64,000 nucleotides of DNA from Candidatus Multivoradales bacterium (GCA_965248925.1 CBDFLE010000006.1:1280001-1344000), one strand, 5' to 3'. Counted from the stretch's first letter, positions 20,404-30,820 are shown. Made by a program: numbers and translations. The notes: a model not told the origin generated them from the letters alone.

Positions 20404-22159
20404 GACTAACCTCTGGCATCGCCAGCGGCAAACGCAAAGTAAAGCGGCTGCCTTCCCCTGGAACCGAACGCAGCTCTAACCCGCCGCCATGGCCTTCCGC
20501 GAAGTGACGCACCAGACTGAGCCCAAGACCGCTGCCACCGGTAGCTCCCGCAGCCGCCAGCCGGCCGCGGACAAAGGGCTCGAAGATACTCTGCTGCTCA
20601 GCCAGCGGAATACCCGGGCCGCGGTCGGCCACCGCGACCCGCAGCTCACAGCCATCCTCGATGGTCGCCTCGACTCCGATCCAACCGCCTTCACCGGCAT
20701 ACTTGATGGCATTGGTCACCAGATTCTGCAAAGCCCGCCGCAGGGCTGCCCCATCGACCCACAGACTCGGTAACGCCTCAGGCAGGTGTTGCTCCAGTTC
20801 GACCCCCCGCTGCTCGAGCGCTGGACGGCAGTCTTCGAGCGCCGCTTGGATGACCGCCAGAGGCTCGACCTCGGAGCGTTGGTAGTCGCGGCCGCCTGCT
20901 TCCATGCCGGCAAACTCCATCACCTGGCCCACCATCTCACTGAGCCGCCGCCCTTCGCTGTCGATCATCCGCCCATATTGTCGAATTTTGGCGCCGTCGC
21001 GCACCACCCCATCGGCCAGGTTCTGGCCCGCCGAACGCATCGCCGCCAGCGGAGTCAGCAGCTCGTGGCTGACCCCGGCGACAAACTCCAGGCGCTGCTG
21101 AGCCAGGCGCTGCGCTCGTCGGCTCGACGCCACCAACAGCAAGGCGCTCAAGCCGAGCAGGGCGAGCACCGCCAGGCTGACCGCCAGATTGCGCCGCCGA
21201 GCACGATCGATCGCCGCTTCGAGAGACCCTGCTGGATGGGTCACCGACAAGCGCCACCGCGGCACATCGCGCAACGCCAGTGCCAAACCCAAGGGCGCAC
21301 GATGGCGATGCCGAGGCTCGCCAACCGTCTCCTTCCGCGACGGGCCATGACCCTCGACCCCATGCTTGGCAACCCGTGGATGCGGCAAACCGAAGTAATC
21401 GGGGGACAGCAAAGCAAACATTCCCACCTGGACATCGGCGCGCCGCGCCACCGATCCGCTGGTGAACAGCACGCGCTGGTCCGAGCGACGCTCGACCGTC
21501 ACTCGATAGGCACCATCGGCGGTCGCGATGAGATGGCGTTCCACCAAGATCGGTAAGAGACTGCTGAGCAGCAGCTCCTGATCGATCCAAAACACCAGAA
21601 AAGTCGCCCCTTCGCGCCAGCCATGGCCGGCACGAAAGGTACCTAAAAGAGGCTGCACAAAGACCGGCAACTCGTCGTGCCCCGCACTCACCCGCCGCTG
21701 CCGCTCACCACGGCGGCGGCGCAGGACATCAAAACGCTGATTCAAATCAGCCAGCTCCGCCGGCCAAGCGGCCGGCGCCAACACTCCGCTAGTCGAATCC
21801 AAGCTCTCCATCACCGGTCCACTTGCCTGCAGCCGTACCACCAACACTTCGCGCAGCAGCTCGGGATGCTCGACCAAAGTAGGCCAGCGCTCGGCGCTCT
21901 GCGCCAAAGCCAGCGCCAACTCCTCGGAACTGCCGCCAGACACATTCCGGTAGAGCAAGGCGAGTTGGGTGAGCTGACGATCGACTCCATCGGCAACCTG
22001 CCGAGCCGACGCTTCGAGGGCTGCTTGCGCGCGCCCTCGCTCACCTTCGCTGAGCTGTCCCAGCCAACGGTGCTGAAGCCAGGCCAGCAAGATCAGCAGC
22101 GCCAGTAAGACAGCCGCCAGTACCGCCGGAGCTACTTGTCTGAGCCCTGTGGATCGCAT
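20393..22159 (-). CDS. Sensor histidine kinase
   Basis: Two TM helices; SHELLTPL H-box; NLVTNAIKY, DRGPGI, GSGLGL. Confidence 0.95.
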   Translation of the reverse strand: MRSTGLRQVAPAVLAAVLLALLILLAWLQHRWLGQLSEGERGRAQAALEASARQVADGVDRQLTQLALLYRNVSGGSSEELALALAQSAERWPTLVEHPELLREVLVVRLQASGPVMESLDSTSGVLAPAAWPAELADLNQRFDVLRRRRGERQRRVSAGHDELPVFVQPLLGTFRAGHGWREGATFLVFWIDQELLLSSLLPILVERHLIATADGAYRVTVERRSDQRVLFTSGSVARRADVQVGMFALLSPDYFGLPHPRVAKHGVEGHGPSRKETVGEPRHRHRAPLGLALALRDVPRWRLSVTHPAGSLEAAIDRARRRNLAVSLAVLALLGLSALLLVASSRRAQRLAQQRLEFVAGVSHELLTPLAAMRSAGQNLADGVVRDGAKIRQYGRMIDSEGRRLSEMVGQVMEFAGMEAGGRDYQRSEVEPLAVIQAALEDCRPALEQRGVELEQHLPEALPSLWVDGAALRRALQNLVTNAIKYAGEGGWIGVEATIEDGCELRVAVADRGPGIPLAEQQSIFEPFVRGRLAAAGATGGSGLGLSLVRHFAEGHGGGLELRSVPGEGSRFTLRLPLAMPEVSHVG

Positions 22160-22216
22160 TGCTTCAGTATAACTCGTTTCTCGGTGAAGGCTTCACAAGC
22201 CACAGTACACTTTGGC

Positions 22217-22250
22217 TTTACAAACCTTACAAAGAGCTTGCAAAAGCTTG
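22217..22250. promoter_or_regulatory. Direct repeats TT(A/G)CAAA, putative OmpR-family binding site in the divergent promoter
   Basis: TTACAAA at 22218 and 22227, TTGCAAA at 22238; about one helical turn spacing. Confidence 0.5.
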
Positions 22251-22373
22251 GGGACAGCAGCGCGCTGTCCTCCTATGATAATTCAGTGATCACGGCCAAC
22301 GCCTTGCTTGACCAGCCCGAAATCAGAAGGATGCAAAACACCCAACCCCTCAATGTAACGTGAGGTACCGAAA

Positions 22374-23231
22374 ATGGAACGCACAAGTCTGTTTACGATC
22401 GCCGCTACCGCGGCCGCCCTGTTCGCCGGTTCAGCCTTGGCTCAGCCCGCCGGCGACGATGCTGCGAAGGGACCTGGAGCCCACCACCCTGGCCACCGAC
22501 TGGGAGGCATGCTCGTTCGTACCGCCGATGTCGACCAAGACGGCGCGGTCAGCCAAGACGAGTGGCAGGACTTCCTCGCCCTCCTCGACATCAGCGGCAA
22601 CGGCGAGATCGAACCGCAGATCCTGCACCAGATCGTCAACCACCGCCGCCTGACCACTCGCCTCAGCCTGCTCCTGGACCGCGATGACGACGGCCTGGTG
22701 ACCCCGGTTGACCTGGAGGAACTCTTCGCCCACTTCGACCAAAACGACGACGGCATGCTGAGCGAAGAAGACCGGCCCGGCGACGGCCCCGCCGATGACC
22801 AAACCCGCCACCCTCACCGGGGTCGTGGCAGGGGCCACGGACACCACGACGGTGGCTTTGTTAGGCTGGCCGATGCCGACCAGGACCAGACGGTCAGCGC
22901 TGAAGAATGGCGGACCTTCGTCGACAGCTTGGAGATCGGTTCTGACGGCGGCTTCGAGCTAGGCCAATTCGCCGACCGGCCCCAGCCCCCAACCGCCGGC
23001 CACCCCGGCCACGGCCAGCGGCATCCTGGCGGCTTGCTCGATAGCGACCAGGACGGCACCCTCGAAATCGACGACTTGCAAGCCATCTTCAGCCAGCTCG
23101 ACAGCAACTCCGACGGCACATTGGACGCTGAGGAACTCCCCCATCGCCGCCACCACCTTGGCCGGCAAGGCCGGCGGGGCCGGTCGGGCCAAGGGGGCAG
23201 GGGCGGCTTCGGCCAACCCGCCAACATCTAA
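22374..23231 (+). CDS. Secreted His/Gly-rich EF-hand repeat protein
   Basis: Signal peptide (ALA-Q); several DxDxDG loops; HHPGH, HGHH and HRRHH tracts. Confidence 0.9.
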   Translation: MERTSLFTIAATAAALFAGSALAQPAGDDAAKGPGAHHPGHRLGGMLVRTADVDQDGAVSQDEWQDFLALLDISGNGEIEPQILHQIVNHRRLTTRLSLLLDRDDDGLVTPVDLEELFAHFDQNDDGMLSEEDRPGDGPADDQTRHPHRGRGRGHGHHDGGFVRLADADQDQTVSAEEWRTFVDSLEIGSDGGFELGQFADRPQPPTAGHPGHGQRHPGGLLDSDQDGTLEIDDLQAIFSQLDSNSDGTLDAEELPHRRHHLGRQGRRGRSGQGGRGGFGQPANI

Positions 23232-23276
23232 GCTGCTGAACTCACCCTCCCCGACGCGGTCCTGCCGCACCTCCCA

Positions 23277-23312
23277 GGCGGCCCCCGGCAACAGCTGTGG
23301 GCCGCCCTTTCT
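23277..23312 (+). terminator. Putative intrinsic terminator
   Basis: GGCGGCCC...GGGCCGCC stem followed by CTTTCT. Confidence 0.5.
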
Positions 23313-23420
23313 TCATCCCTACAATCCCCACCCCCCGAGCCTCGGCCAACAACCTTCAGCCCAACGCCTGACAGAATGCATTCTCTCAGGCGTCAAGATG
23401 TCATGCTGAATCGGTGATCG

Positions 23421-24056
23421 TTGGCTCTGGCCAACCACAGCCTCCTCTGCCAAGTCGCAGGGGATCCAACCGTCGACATCCGCGCTAGTCAGTCAATCCT
23501 CGGGGTGTGGAAAGGCGGCCACGAAATAGAACGTCAACCCGCACCGCAGCGACCCAGCGGCCCAGCGATATTGCGACAGGTGGCGACTTTCGGCGAGGCC
23601 GATCTGTCATCAGACTTCGGTAGCGATTGGGCCCCCTCGGACGACAGCTTGCGCGGCGGCGACTCGACGGTCGAACTGAACACTACACAGCGGAGCGATG
23701 GCGACGACTGGGCCCTACACATCCAAGGAACGCTCAGCGCGGACTACCCCTTTCCCTGGGCCGGAGCCATGGTGTTCACCGGCCAGCCACCGATGCAGGC
23801 AGTGGACCTATCAGTCCATCGTTCAATTTCTTTCGAGGTACGTGGCGATCATGACCACTTAAACCTCCTGGTGTTCAGCGGCAGCGCTGCCATTCCGGCT
23901 TCCAAGATTCTCAAGATCAGCAGTGAGTGGCAGCGTCTTGAGGTATCGTTCGAAGATCTCGGAGCCGAGGCGGCCAGCCTCAAAGCGTTCCTCTTCTCCG
24001 CCGGCCCTGAGCGCGGTTCCTTTGAGTTGTGGATCGACAACGTGCTCTTGCAGTAA
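23421..24056 (+). pseudogene. 3' remnant of an amidohydrolase-CIA30 (carbohydrate-binding-like) fusion
   Basis: Begins with the amidohydrolase C-terminal motif GDPTVDIRASQSILGVWKGG, then a CIA30-like domain (WAPSDD.RGGDS, FPWAG, FELWIDNV); catalytic part absent. Confidence 0.6.
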
Positions 24057-24072
24057 TATTACTGGAGATTGC

Positions 24073-24100
24073 TTGACAGGCGAGAACCCTAGGCTATACT
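24073..24100 (+). promoter_or_regulatory. Sigma-70 type promoter
   Basis: TTGACA-N16-TATACT upstream of the Cys-rich peptide gene. Confidence 0.7.
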
Positions 24101-24162
24101 TCTTCCGTCCCTTATTAGATGGTATCGGTCTTGCTCTATGCAAATACTTGGAGGATCTCCTG

Positions 24163-24381
24163 ATGAAAGCCTGTCGGCTCTTTTTTCTTGTAGCGCTAGT
24201 ATCTCTTTTCTCCGCTTCGCATCTCGCCAGCCAAGCTGATTGCCAGACGATTTGCCAGGAAGGCAACACGATCTACCCCACCTACTTCTGCATAGTAGCT
24301 GCATACCCGAACGACTGCACCTACTGCACCGTAACCTGCCCGAGCGGCGGCGGCGGTGGTCAAGTACTGGTCCAACACTAA
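24163..24381 (+). CDS. Small secreted Cys-rich peptide (72 aa, 6 Cys in the mature part)
   Basis: RBS GGAGGA 24150-24155; signal peptide, then DCQTICQEGNTIYPTYFCIVAAYPNDCTYCTVTCPSGGGGG. Confidence 0.8.
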   Translation: MKACRLFFLVALVSLFSASHLASQADCQTICQEGNTIYPTYFCIVAAYPNDCTYCTVTCPSGGGGGQVLVQH

Positions 24382-24395
24382 GCCGAGGTCTCGCG

Positions 24396-25523
24396 ATGAG
24401 AATCTGCGGACTCGTGTTCGTTCTTGCGTTCGCCTCTGTTCTGAGTATCGCGCCACTGAGCCTGGGCGTTGTGGAGGCATCTTGTCAGCGAGTTGAACTC
24501 ACCGGCGACGTAGGTATTGTCGCGTCAGCAGTCTGGGGTCCAGCCGAAGAGGCCCTCTGGTTGGCCGACAGCATGGCCGGAGCACTACTGAAAGTCTCCA
24601 TCGACGGCAACTTCGTCGAGCGAGTAGAGCCGCGCGGACGGAACCTGCACGAACTCTTCCGACCAGCGCGGATTCTTCGCCACGGCCAGGGATACGTCGT
24701 CCTGGAGATGGTCGATCGTCTGATCTGGCACGATGGCGAGATGCAGCCCCTCTTCGCCAGGGATCTGCGCCAACACAGTTCCACCTCAGAGCTTCCCGAT
24801 GACATCACCTCTCTGGCCTTGACCGACCCCGTCCTGATCGGCTCCGAACTCTACGCCTACGGCTTTTTGCAGCCCAAGGGTGAGTCCTCGAAAGTACGTA
24901 GCTTTCTGCACTTCCGACTCGATCCCAAGTTCGAGTTGGTCGAGCAGATTCGCCAGATTCCCTGGGACAGCCCAGCGGCACCCCACTACGCCTTTCACCC
25001 CTACGTGGTGGCGGTGGCTGGCGACCGGGCTTGGGGGTTGTCCTTCGCCGAGCCGCCGAGTATCTTCTCTCTCTCGCCGCCGCATCAGGTACTGAAGACC
25101 TTTCCTCCTGGCTTCGAGCAGCTGCCGACCCTGACTCATTCCAGACCCGGTAGCTTTGCAGCCGTGTTTAGGCGGATCGCCCTGTCGACCACGCCGACGG
25201 CTCTCCTCGGCCACGGTGAGTTCCTCTATTTGCTGACCCGGCGGCCAACAGCCGAAGCCACACTCTGGCAACTGCACCAGATTGACCCACGGACAGACCG
25301 ACTGCTGAAAACTGTCGATCTGCCCACCGTGGCGCCTCATTTGATCGTCGTTCCAGGCGCGAAGCGTTGGGCGGTGCTGGAGGCGCAGGGCTTGCAGGAG
25401 CCCGCCGAAGGTACTCCCCGCCAACCGATCCCCTCGATGCTATTGATCGATTCCCAGTGGATCACCAACCCTGAGACTAAGGCCAGTGGGCAGCTAGGAA
25501 AATGTTCTAGCATCGCCCCCTGA
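24396..25523 (+). CDS. Secreted beta-propeller-like protein
   Basis: ATG 24396 with signal peptide; propeller-like strands (LWLADS, YVVLE, LYLLT). Confidence 0.65.
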   Translation: MRICGLVFVLAFASVLSIAPLSLGVVEASCQRVELTGDVGIVASAVWGPAEEALWLADSMAGALLKVSIDGNFVERVEPRGRNLHELFRPARILRHGQGYVVLEMVDRLIWHDGEMQPLFARDLRQHSSTSELPDDITSLALTDPVLIGSELYAYGFLQPKGESSKVRSFLHFRLDPKFELVEQIRQIPWDSPAAPHYAFHPYVVAVAGDRAWGLSFAEPPSIFSLSPPHQVLKTFPPGFEQLPTLTHSRPGSFAAVFRRIALSTTPTALLGHGEFLYLLTRRPTAEATLWQLHQIDPRTDRLLKTVDLPTVAPHLIVVPGAKRWAVLEAQGLQEPAEGTPRQPIPSMLLIDSQWITNPETKASGQLGKCSSIAP

Positions 25524-25553
25524 CCCCGCGCCGCTAGCGGTCACCTTAATAGC

Positions 25554-28271
25554 ATGACTGCCTTCTTCAACCTGCTGATCCTCTTCTGCTGCTCCGAGCC
25601 ACCGCCGTGGCCGCCGCAGGTGGTCGATCAAGCCGGCATGCCGATCTCAGGCGCGGCGGTGGAGGTCATCGAAGTCGCCGAGCAGGTGGATAGCTGGCGC
25701 GTGCTGATGCCTGCTTTCATGTACACCACCACCGATGCCATGGGTCGCGTTACCGGGCTGCCGGCATCGGGCCTGCTGGAGCTGCGCATCGATCACCCCG
25801 ACTTTGCCCCCTGGGTCGAGCTGGTCGACGACAGCCCGCAGCGCTGGGTGGTTCTGCAAGCCGGGCGGCGCTGGCCAGGACGAGTCGGGGTAGCCGGAGA
25901 GAATCCATCATTTATAGGTAAGGCGTGTGCATCTTGGAACACACCGGCGCCGCGAGGCGAGCACTTCAGCCACTCCTGGACACGCTGTGCGACACTAGAG
26001 CAGGATGGGTCGTTCGAACTCCGAGGCCTGGACTTGACAACCTTTCAACTGAGAGTCTCAGCACCCGGCTTCTTGCCCCTCCGGCGCACCGTACAGGGCG
26101 AGATGCACCAAGCGTTGTTGCTCGAACGCGGAATCTTGATCAACGGTCGCACGATCGCCGCGACCGGCGGCAAACCGCTGGCGGAGGTCGAGGTCCGCAA
26201 CGCGGCCGGCGGTCGCGTCTTGACCGACCAAGAAGGGTATTTCGCGCTGCCAGTGGCCAGCCTGCCCACCCAGCTGCGAGCCAGCGCCACCGGCTTTCGC
26301 GCTCAGACCCATGAACTGCTCGCGGACTCGGCGGCGCAAGCTCAAGTTGTTCGGCTACAGCGGGGCGAGCAGCTGACCTGCCTGGTGCTCGCGGCGGACG
26401 GCACGCCGATCGAGCGGCTGATCGCCTGGGTGACTCGCTTTCGAGACGATGGCGAAAGCACCTCACAACAGCGGCATCAAGAAACCGAAGAGGGACGCTT
26501 GACTCTCGATCTCGATGGGGCGGGGCACTATTCGCTGCGCCTGCTGGCCGCTGGTTACCGTGAGGTGACCCTGAATCAGCCGTGGATTGCGACGGGCTCC
26601 AGCGTCGATCTTGGCACCATCGTCCTCGACCGCGGCGCCGGCCTCAGCGCCCTACTGGCCGACGCCAGAGATGGCGAACCTGTGGTCGGAGCGCGAGCGG
26701 AGATCCTCCCCATCGGCGCCGCGTTGCTCGACGCTCTGCGCTTGCGTCACGTCGACCACGCGGTCAGCGACCGGCAAGGGCACCTCGACATCGGTGGGCT
26801 CGAAGCCGGCAGGTATCAACTGCGAATCAAGCGCCAGGGCTTCGCTGAACTAACCCTGCCCTTAGCGCTGGAGGAGAGCGTGATCAAGGATCTGGGTCGC
26901 CTGTGGATGGATACCGGGACCACTATCCACGGCCTGGTGAGCCGCCGAGACGAGCAGCCGGTGGGCGGTGCCCTCATTGAGATTTTTGATTCCGTGGCAG
27001 ACGCGGTGGTACCCATCCTCGAGCACCTCACTGACCAGGAGGGCCGCTTCGGCGGCTCCAGTCTCGCCGCTGGCGACTACCGGGTAAAGATCACGAAAGG
27101 CAGATTACTGCTGGCGCAAGAGATCCACATTACCGCGGGGACGAGCGAGCAAGAGCTGACCTTCCAAGTCAGCGGCACCCAGGTGAACGGCCGGGTGAGT
27201 CGCCGGGGCGAGCCGGTCAGCAGAGGATTGATTACCCTGCGACCGGTCATCGACCCCAGTGAGCAGTTGGGGAAGCACTTCCTGAATGTGAAAGGCGCCG
27301 GGGAGATCTCGGTGGGGGTGCCAGATTCCTCACCGATCGCCGATGTCCTGGCCGACGGCACCTTTCATATTGCCGATATCCAACCTGGGTGGTGGCTGTT
27401 CAGTTTCTTTGGCATCGACGCCGGTAGTGTCTCTCGACGCGTTCTGGTTCAAGACCGGGACAGTGTCCAGATCCATCTCGAATTGGCTGGTGCGGCCCTC
27501 GTTGGAACCGTGACCAGTTCGGCGACCGGATTGGGCTTGGAGGCTTCGGTCCGGCTACTTGATGATTTTGGCAAGTTGATCAGCCAGCTGAGTTCCGACT
27601 ATGAGGGGAGCTTCGTTTTTCAACACCTACAGCCCGGCACCTATGCCCTCGAAGCGTTCGCGCCAGGGTTTGCAGCCCAGGTGACCAAGGGGGTCATGGT
27701 CAAACAAGGCGGCGCACCCGTGCAGCTAGTACTGGCAGCTGGAGGAGGGGGAGAGGTGCAAGTCGTCCTGCGGCGCGGAGCAGGCCTGTCGGCGGCTTCC
27801 GTACCCATCTCGCTGCTCCGTGCCAGCGGCCCGTTAGCCCAGGCAGGACTCAGCGATGCACAAGGAAAGCGTCGCTTTCGCAACGTGCCGGCGGGTACTT
27901 ATGCCATGGCTTGGTCAGACTCGGTAGGGGGTGCCGGTGCTTCGCCCTTTTTCGCCGTCGGCGAGGCTCGCGAGCCGATCCGCCTGGCCTTTGAACTGCG
28001 GCCGAGCAGCGTTTTGCGGCTTGATTGCAAGCCGAGTCTCTGTGGCGGGCGGCGGCTCGACCTCCTCACCCTGCACACCAGCGATGGAGTGGACCTCGCT
28101 CCCTTTCTCTCCGCCGCCTCTTTGCAGTTGAGATTCTCTGCTGACGGCGCCCTTACCCTTGGCCGCCTGGCCCCAGGTACCTACCGCCTCAGCACCGTCC
28201 TCGATTCTGGCGAGCTCTGGCAGGAGGTGTTTCACACCGGCGGACCGGTGACCACGGTACGCCTACCTTGA
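25554..28271 (+). CDS. Carboxypeptidase-regulatory-like (beta-sandwich) repeat protein
   Basis: Repeated G.V...G.P..GA.V, TD..G.F and L.PG.Y.L motifs; 905 aa. Confidence 0.85.
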   Translation: MTAFFNLLILFCCSEPPPWPPQVVDQAGMPISGAAVEVIEVAEQVDSWRVLMPAFMYTTTDAMGRVTGLPASGLLELRIDHPDFAPWVELVDDSPQRWVVLQAGRRWPGRVGVAGENPSFIGKACASWNTPAPRGEHFSHSWTRCATLEQDGSFELRGLDLTTFQLRVSAPGFLPLRRTVQGEMHQALLLERGILINGRTIAATGGKPLAEVEVRNAAGGRVLTDQEGYFALPVASLPTQLRASATGFRAQTHELLADSAAQAQVVRLQRGEQLTCLVLAADGTPIERLIAWVTRFRDDGESTSQQRHQETEEGRLTLDLDGAGHYSLRLLAAGYREVTLNQPWIATGSSVDLGTIVLDRGAGLSALLADARDGEPVVGARAEILPIGAALLDALRLRHVDHAVSDRQGHLDIGGLEAGRYQLRIKRQGFAELTLPLALEESVIKDLGRLWMDTGTTIHGLVSRRDEQPVGGALIEIFDSVADAVVPILEHLTDQEGRFGGSSLAAGDYRVKITKGRLLLAQEIHITAGTSEQELTFQVSGTQVNGRVSRRGEPVSRGLITLRPVIDPSEQLGKHFLNVKGAGEISVGVPDSSPIADVLADGTFHIADIQPGWWLFSFFGIDAGSVSRRVLVQDRDSVQIHLELAGAALVGTVTSSATGLGLEASVRLLDDFGKLISQLSSDYEGSFVFQHLQPGTYALEAFAPGFAAQVTKGVMVKQGGAPVQLVLAAGGGGEVQVVLRRGAGLSAASVPISLLRASGPLAQAGLSDAQGKRRFRNVPAGTYAMAWSDSVGGAGASPFFAVGEAREPIRLAFELRPSSVLRLDCKPSLCGGRRLDLLTLHTSDGVDLAPFLSAASLQLRFSADGALTLGRLAPGTYRLSTVLDSGELWQEVFHTGGPVTTVRLP

Positions 28272-28335
28272 TCCCTGTTGACCACTGATCTCCGCCGCCT
28301 CTCACCTGGCTGGTGCTGGTTGTAGACTAGCGGCA

Positions 28336-28568
28336 ATGTCGACAACCAACGCCGAGACTCCGGCGCCGATCCCAACTTGCGCCAACTGCGATGCCCCTCG
28401 CCAGGGCAACTTCTGTGCCAGCTGTGGCCAGCGACATCGCGCCCACCGCCTGAGCTTACGCATGCTGGGCGCCCAGCTAGTCGAGGTGATTCTCGACCTC
28501 GAAAGCGGCCTGCTGCTGACCCTGCGAGAGATGCTGCTCGACCCCAGCGGCCTGATCTTGCGCTACTC
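28336..28568 (+). pseudogene. DUF3667-like zinc-ribbon membrane protein, truncated by the IS remnant
   Basis: CANCDAPRQGNFCASCGQR...TLREMLLDPSGL..RY, then IS701 sequence. Confidence 0.75.
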
Positions 28569-28949
28569 TATTGGCGGCTTGCCCTGATCCAGCGTCAGCG
28601 CTACTGGATCGAGCGCACTTTTCAAGACGCCAAGAGAGAGGCCGGAATGGCCGAGTACCAGGCCCGCAGTTGGAAGGCTTGGCATCACCACATGGCGCTG
28701 GTCATGATGGCCCTGCTCTTTCTCCTTCAACAACGCCAGAAACATCAATCGACCCACCCTTTGCTCAGCTGTACTGACCTCAAGATCTTGTTGGCCAAGG
28801 TCCTACCAAGACGGGATGTTGGCCTTGATGAAGTGCTACATCTCATGGAATAACGACATCAGCGACGACAGGCCGCTACTAGGTCCGCTTACCAGAAACG
28901 ACGGGCGCGAGACGGGATATTTCCCGGCTCTGGGAATCTGACAAAGTAG
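28569..28949 (+). mobile_element. IS701-family remnant (3' end with IRR)
   Basis: Near-identical to ~40217-40591; IRR AATCTGACAAAGTAG ends at 28949; premature TAA at 28851 (CAA in the full copy). Confidence 0.92.
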
Positions 28950-28950
28950 A

Positions 28951-29440
28951 GTTAGCTACATCGATACTCCGGAGCAAGCCGGGCCGGCGCTGCTGCACAA
29001 TCTGCGCAGTGAGGGAAATGATCGGGCGGCGATCAGCCGCGAGTTCAACGCCAATACCCATCTGCTGCCACCGCGCAAGAACGGCAACCTGCTCTACCAC
29101 GAGGTGCTCAGCTTCGCCGCTGAGGATCGAAAAGTCGTCACCCCAGCCGTCCTCGAGGATCTGACCCGCCGTTACCTGGAGCTGCGCGCTCCCTATGCTC
29201 TCGCCTACGCCAAGGCTCACTTCGATACCGACTGCCCGCACGTCCACCTGCTGATCTCCGCCAACGAGGTCGGCAGCCACCGCCGGTTCCGGCTCTCCAA
29301 GTCCCGTTTCCGGACGATTCAGAAGCAGCTGGAGCAAGCCCAGCGCCAGCTCTACCCGCAGCTCCAACACTCGCTAGCTCAAGAGCGTCGGTCGAAACCG
29401 CAGCACACCAGAGCGGAGCAGGAGCGACAAAGACGCCTCG
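28951..29440 (+). pseudogene. Relaxase/mobilisation nuclease (MOBP-like) remnant, cut at the 5' end by the IS
   Basis: VSYIDTP...KNGNLLYHEVLSF...AHFDTDCPHVHLLISAN (HUH 3H motif); no start; C-terminus lost. Confidence 0.8.
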
Positions 29441-29489
29441 CACCATCTGGTGCGGGGCACAGCGGTGAGGGAAAGAAGTCGCGGGAACC

Positions 29490-29921
29490 GTCCGCTACCG
29501 CGTTGCCCTCGTCCTCGCTGAAGAAGGACGCGGCCCGGTGCATCGCCTCGATGATCCCGTGGTCGCCGCCGACTTCTTTGCCCGTCAGCTCGAGGATCGA
29601 GCGCAGGAAGAACTCCTGGCGATCTTCGTTGACGCCCAGTTCGGCCTGATCGGCTGGCAACACGCCTTTATTGGCACCCTGACCAAGGACGTCTTCGATG
29701 CCAGGCCAATCCTGCAAGCAGCGCTGCTCTGCAACGCCGCCGGCTTCATTGTCGGCCACAATCACCCTTCGACAGGTGATCCGCTGCCCTCAGCAGACGA
29801 TCTTCGCGCGACCGAACGCCTGGTGAAGGCCGGTGAAGCGGTCGGCATTCAGCTGCTCGACCACATCATCGTTGGGGAAAGAGGCCGGTGGGTGGCGCTG
29901 CGGAGGAGGGGTGGGTGGTGA
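29490..29921 (+). CDS. RadC/JAB domain protein (start uncertain)
   Basis: RYRVALV...QEE...GHNHPSTGDPLPSADD...LLDHIIVG. Confidence 0.85.
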   Translation, partial: VRYRVALVLAEEGRGPVHRLDDPVVAADFFARQLEDRAQEELLAIFVDAQFGLIGWQHAFIGTLTKDVFDARPILQAALLCNAAGFIVGHNHPSTGDPLPSADDLRATERLVKAGEAVGIQLLDHIIVGERGRWVALRRRGGW

Positions 29922-30238
29922 GGATCCGAAGGCTCGAATGATCGCGGCTAGATCCTAAGATCTTCTCTAGAGGAACGCGGCGTGGGAGCCGCTCCACAAC
30001 ATAATGGTGGGATACAAGTCCATGCCGGAGTCTCCTTGTCGAAGGCGACTTGACAAGGAGACTGGGTACGGTAAATGAGGTATTTGCCAGCAAACTTTTT
30101 TCTCTGGTAGCCTTCTCGAGAAGCAGCCTGACGATGTTCGCGAATGCTTGAAGCGAGGCGTTCGAGAGATGCGGTCTTGGGAAGGTGTTCTGGTGGATCG
30201 GCCCAGCACGCCAAGGGAGGATAGGACGGTGCAGGGCT

Positions 30239-30766
30239 ATGAAGATTCCTAAAGAGCTGCGTTTTCGATTGGCGGCGATAGATCTAGACCAGATCTATCG
30301 CCTGGTCCTGGCTGCGGTGGAGCTATCGCACCGGAGCCCGAGTCCTCAAGAGCTGGCGAAGCTCAAACCTACTGAAACCAAAGTCCTGCTGCGCGAGGCA
30401 CAGGCGGGCCGGCAGGATCTTGCGACGGCGGTCCTGGCCCTCAGCCGTCTTCGCGCGCAGCTCCAACGCTACGCACTGGAAGTTGTCCTAGACAGTCCGG
30501 ACGATTCTGACAGTGAGAGCACAGCTACCCGACTTGCCCTGTGGCATCAGATGCGTGGCGTGATTAGGGATCTGGGGCATCTGATCGAGCGACTCCAAAA
30601 ATCGACCCGAGGATTCCGCGCCACACCTTTGAGAACAAGTTTACAGGTACTCAGGAGGCGAGTTGGCCCTGCCGCGAGGGGCTTCAGGCTGCTCCCCAAG
30701 AAAGAGGCCCAAGCGAAACGCGACAGGATCCGGATTGGGGAGCAGGGAACGAGGCGTAGCGCCTAG
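30239..30766 (+). CDS. Hypothetical helical protein
   Basis: ATG 30239 after GGAGG-rich upstream sequence; open frame; no recognisable motif. Confidence 0.45.
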   Translation: MKIPKELRFRLAAIDLDQIYRLVLAAVELSHRSPSPQELAKLKPTETKVLLREAQAGRQDLATAVLALSRLRAQLQRYALEVVLDSPDDSDSESTATRLALWHQMRGVIRDLGHLIERLQKSTRGFRATPLRTSLQVLRRRVGPAARGFRLLPKKEAQAKRDRIRIGEQGTRRSA

Positions 30767-30820
30767 AAGACATCCGGCAGGTCAAACGGGCAGACTCTGA
30801 GATTGCGAGGGAAGGGCCGA

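Noticed and set aside
30050-30077. TTGACA promoter candidate
   Set aside because: No good -10 hexamer at 16-18 nt spacing
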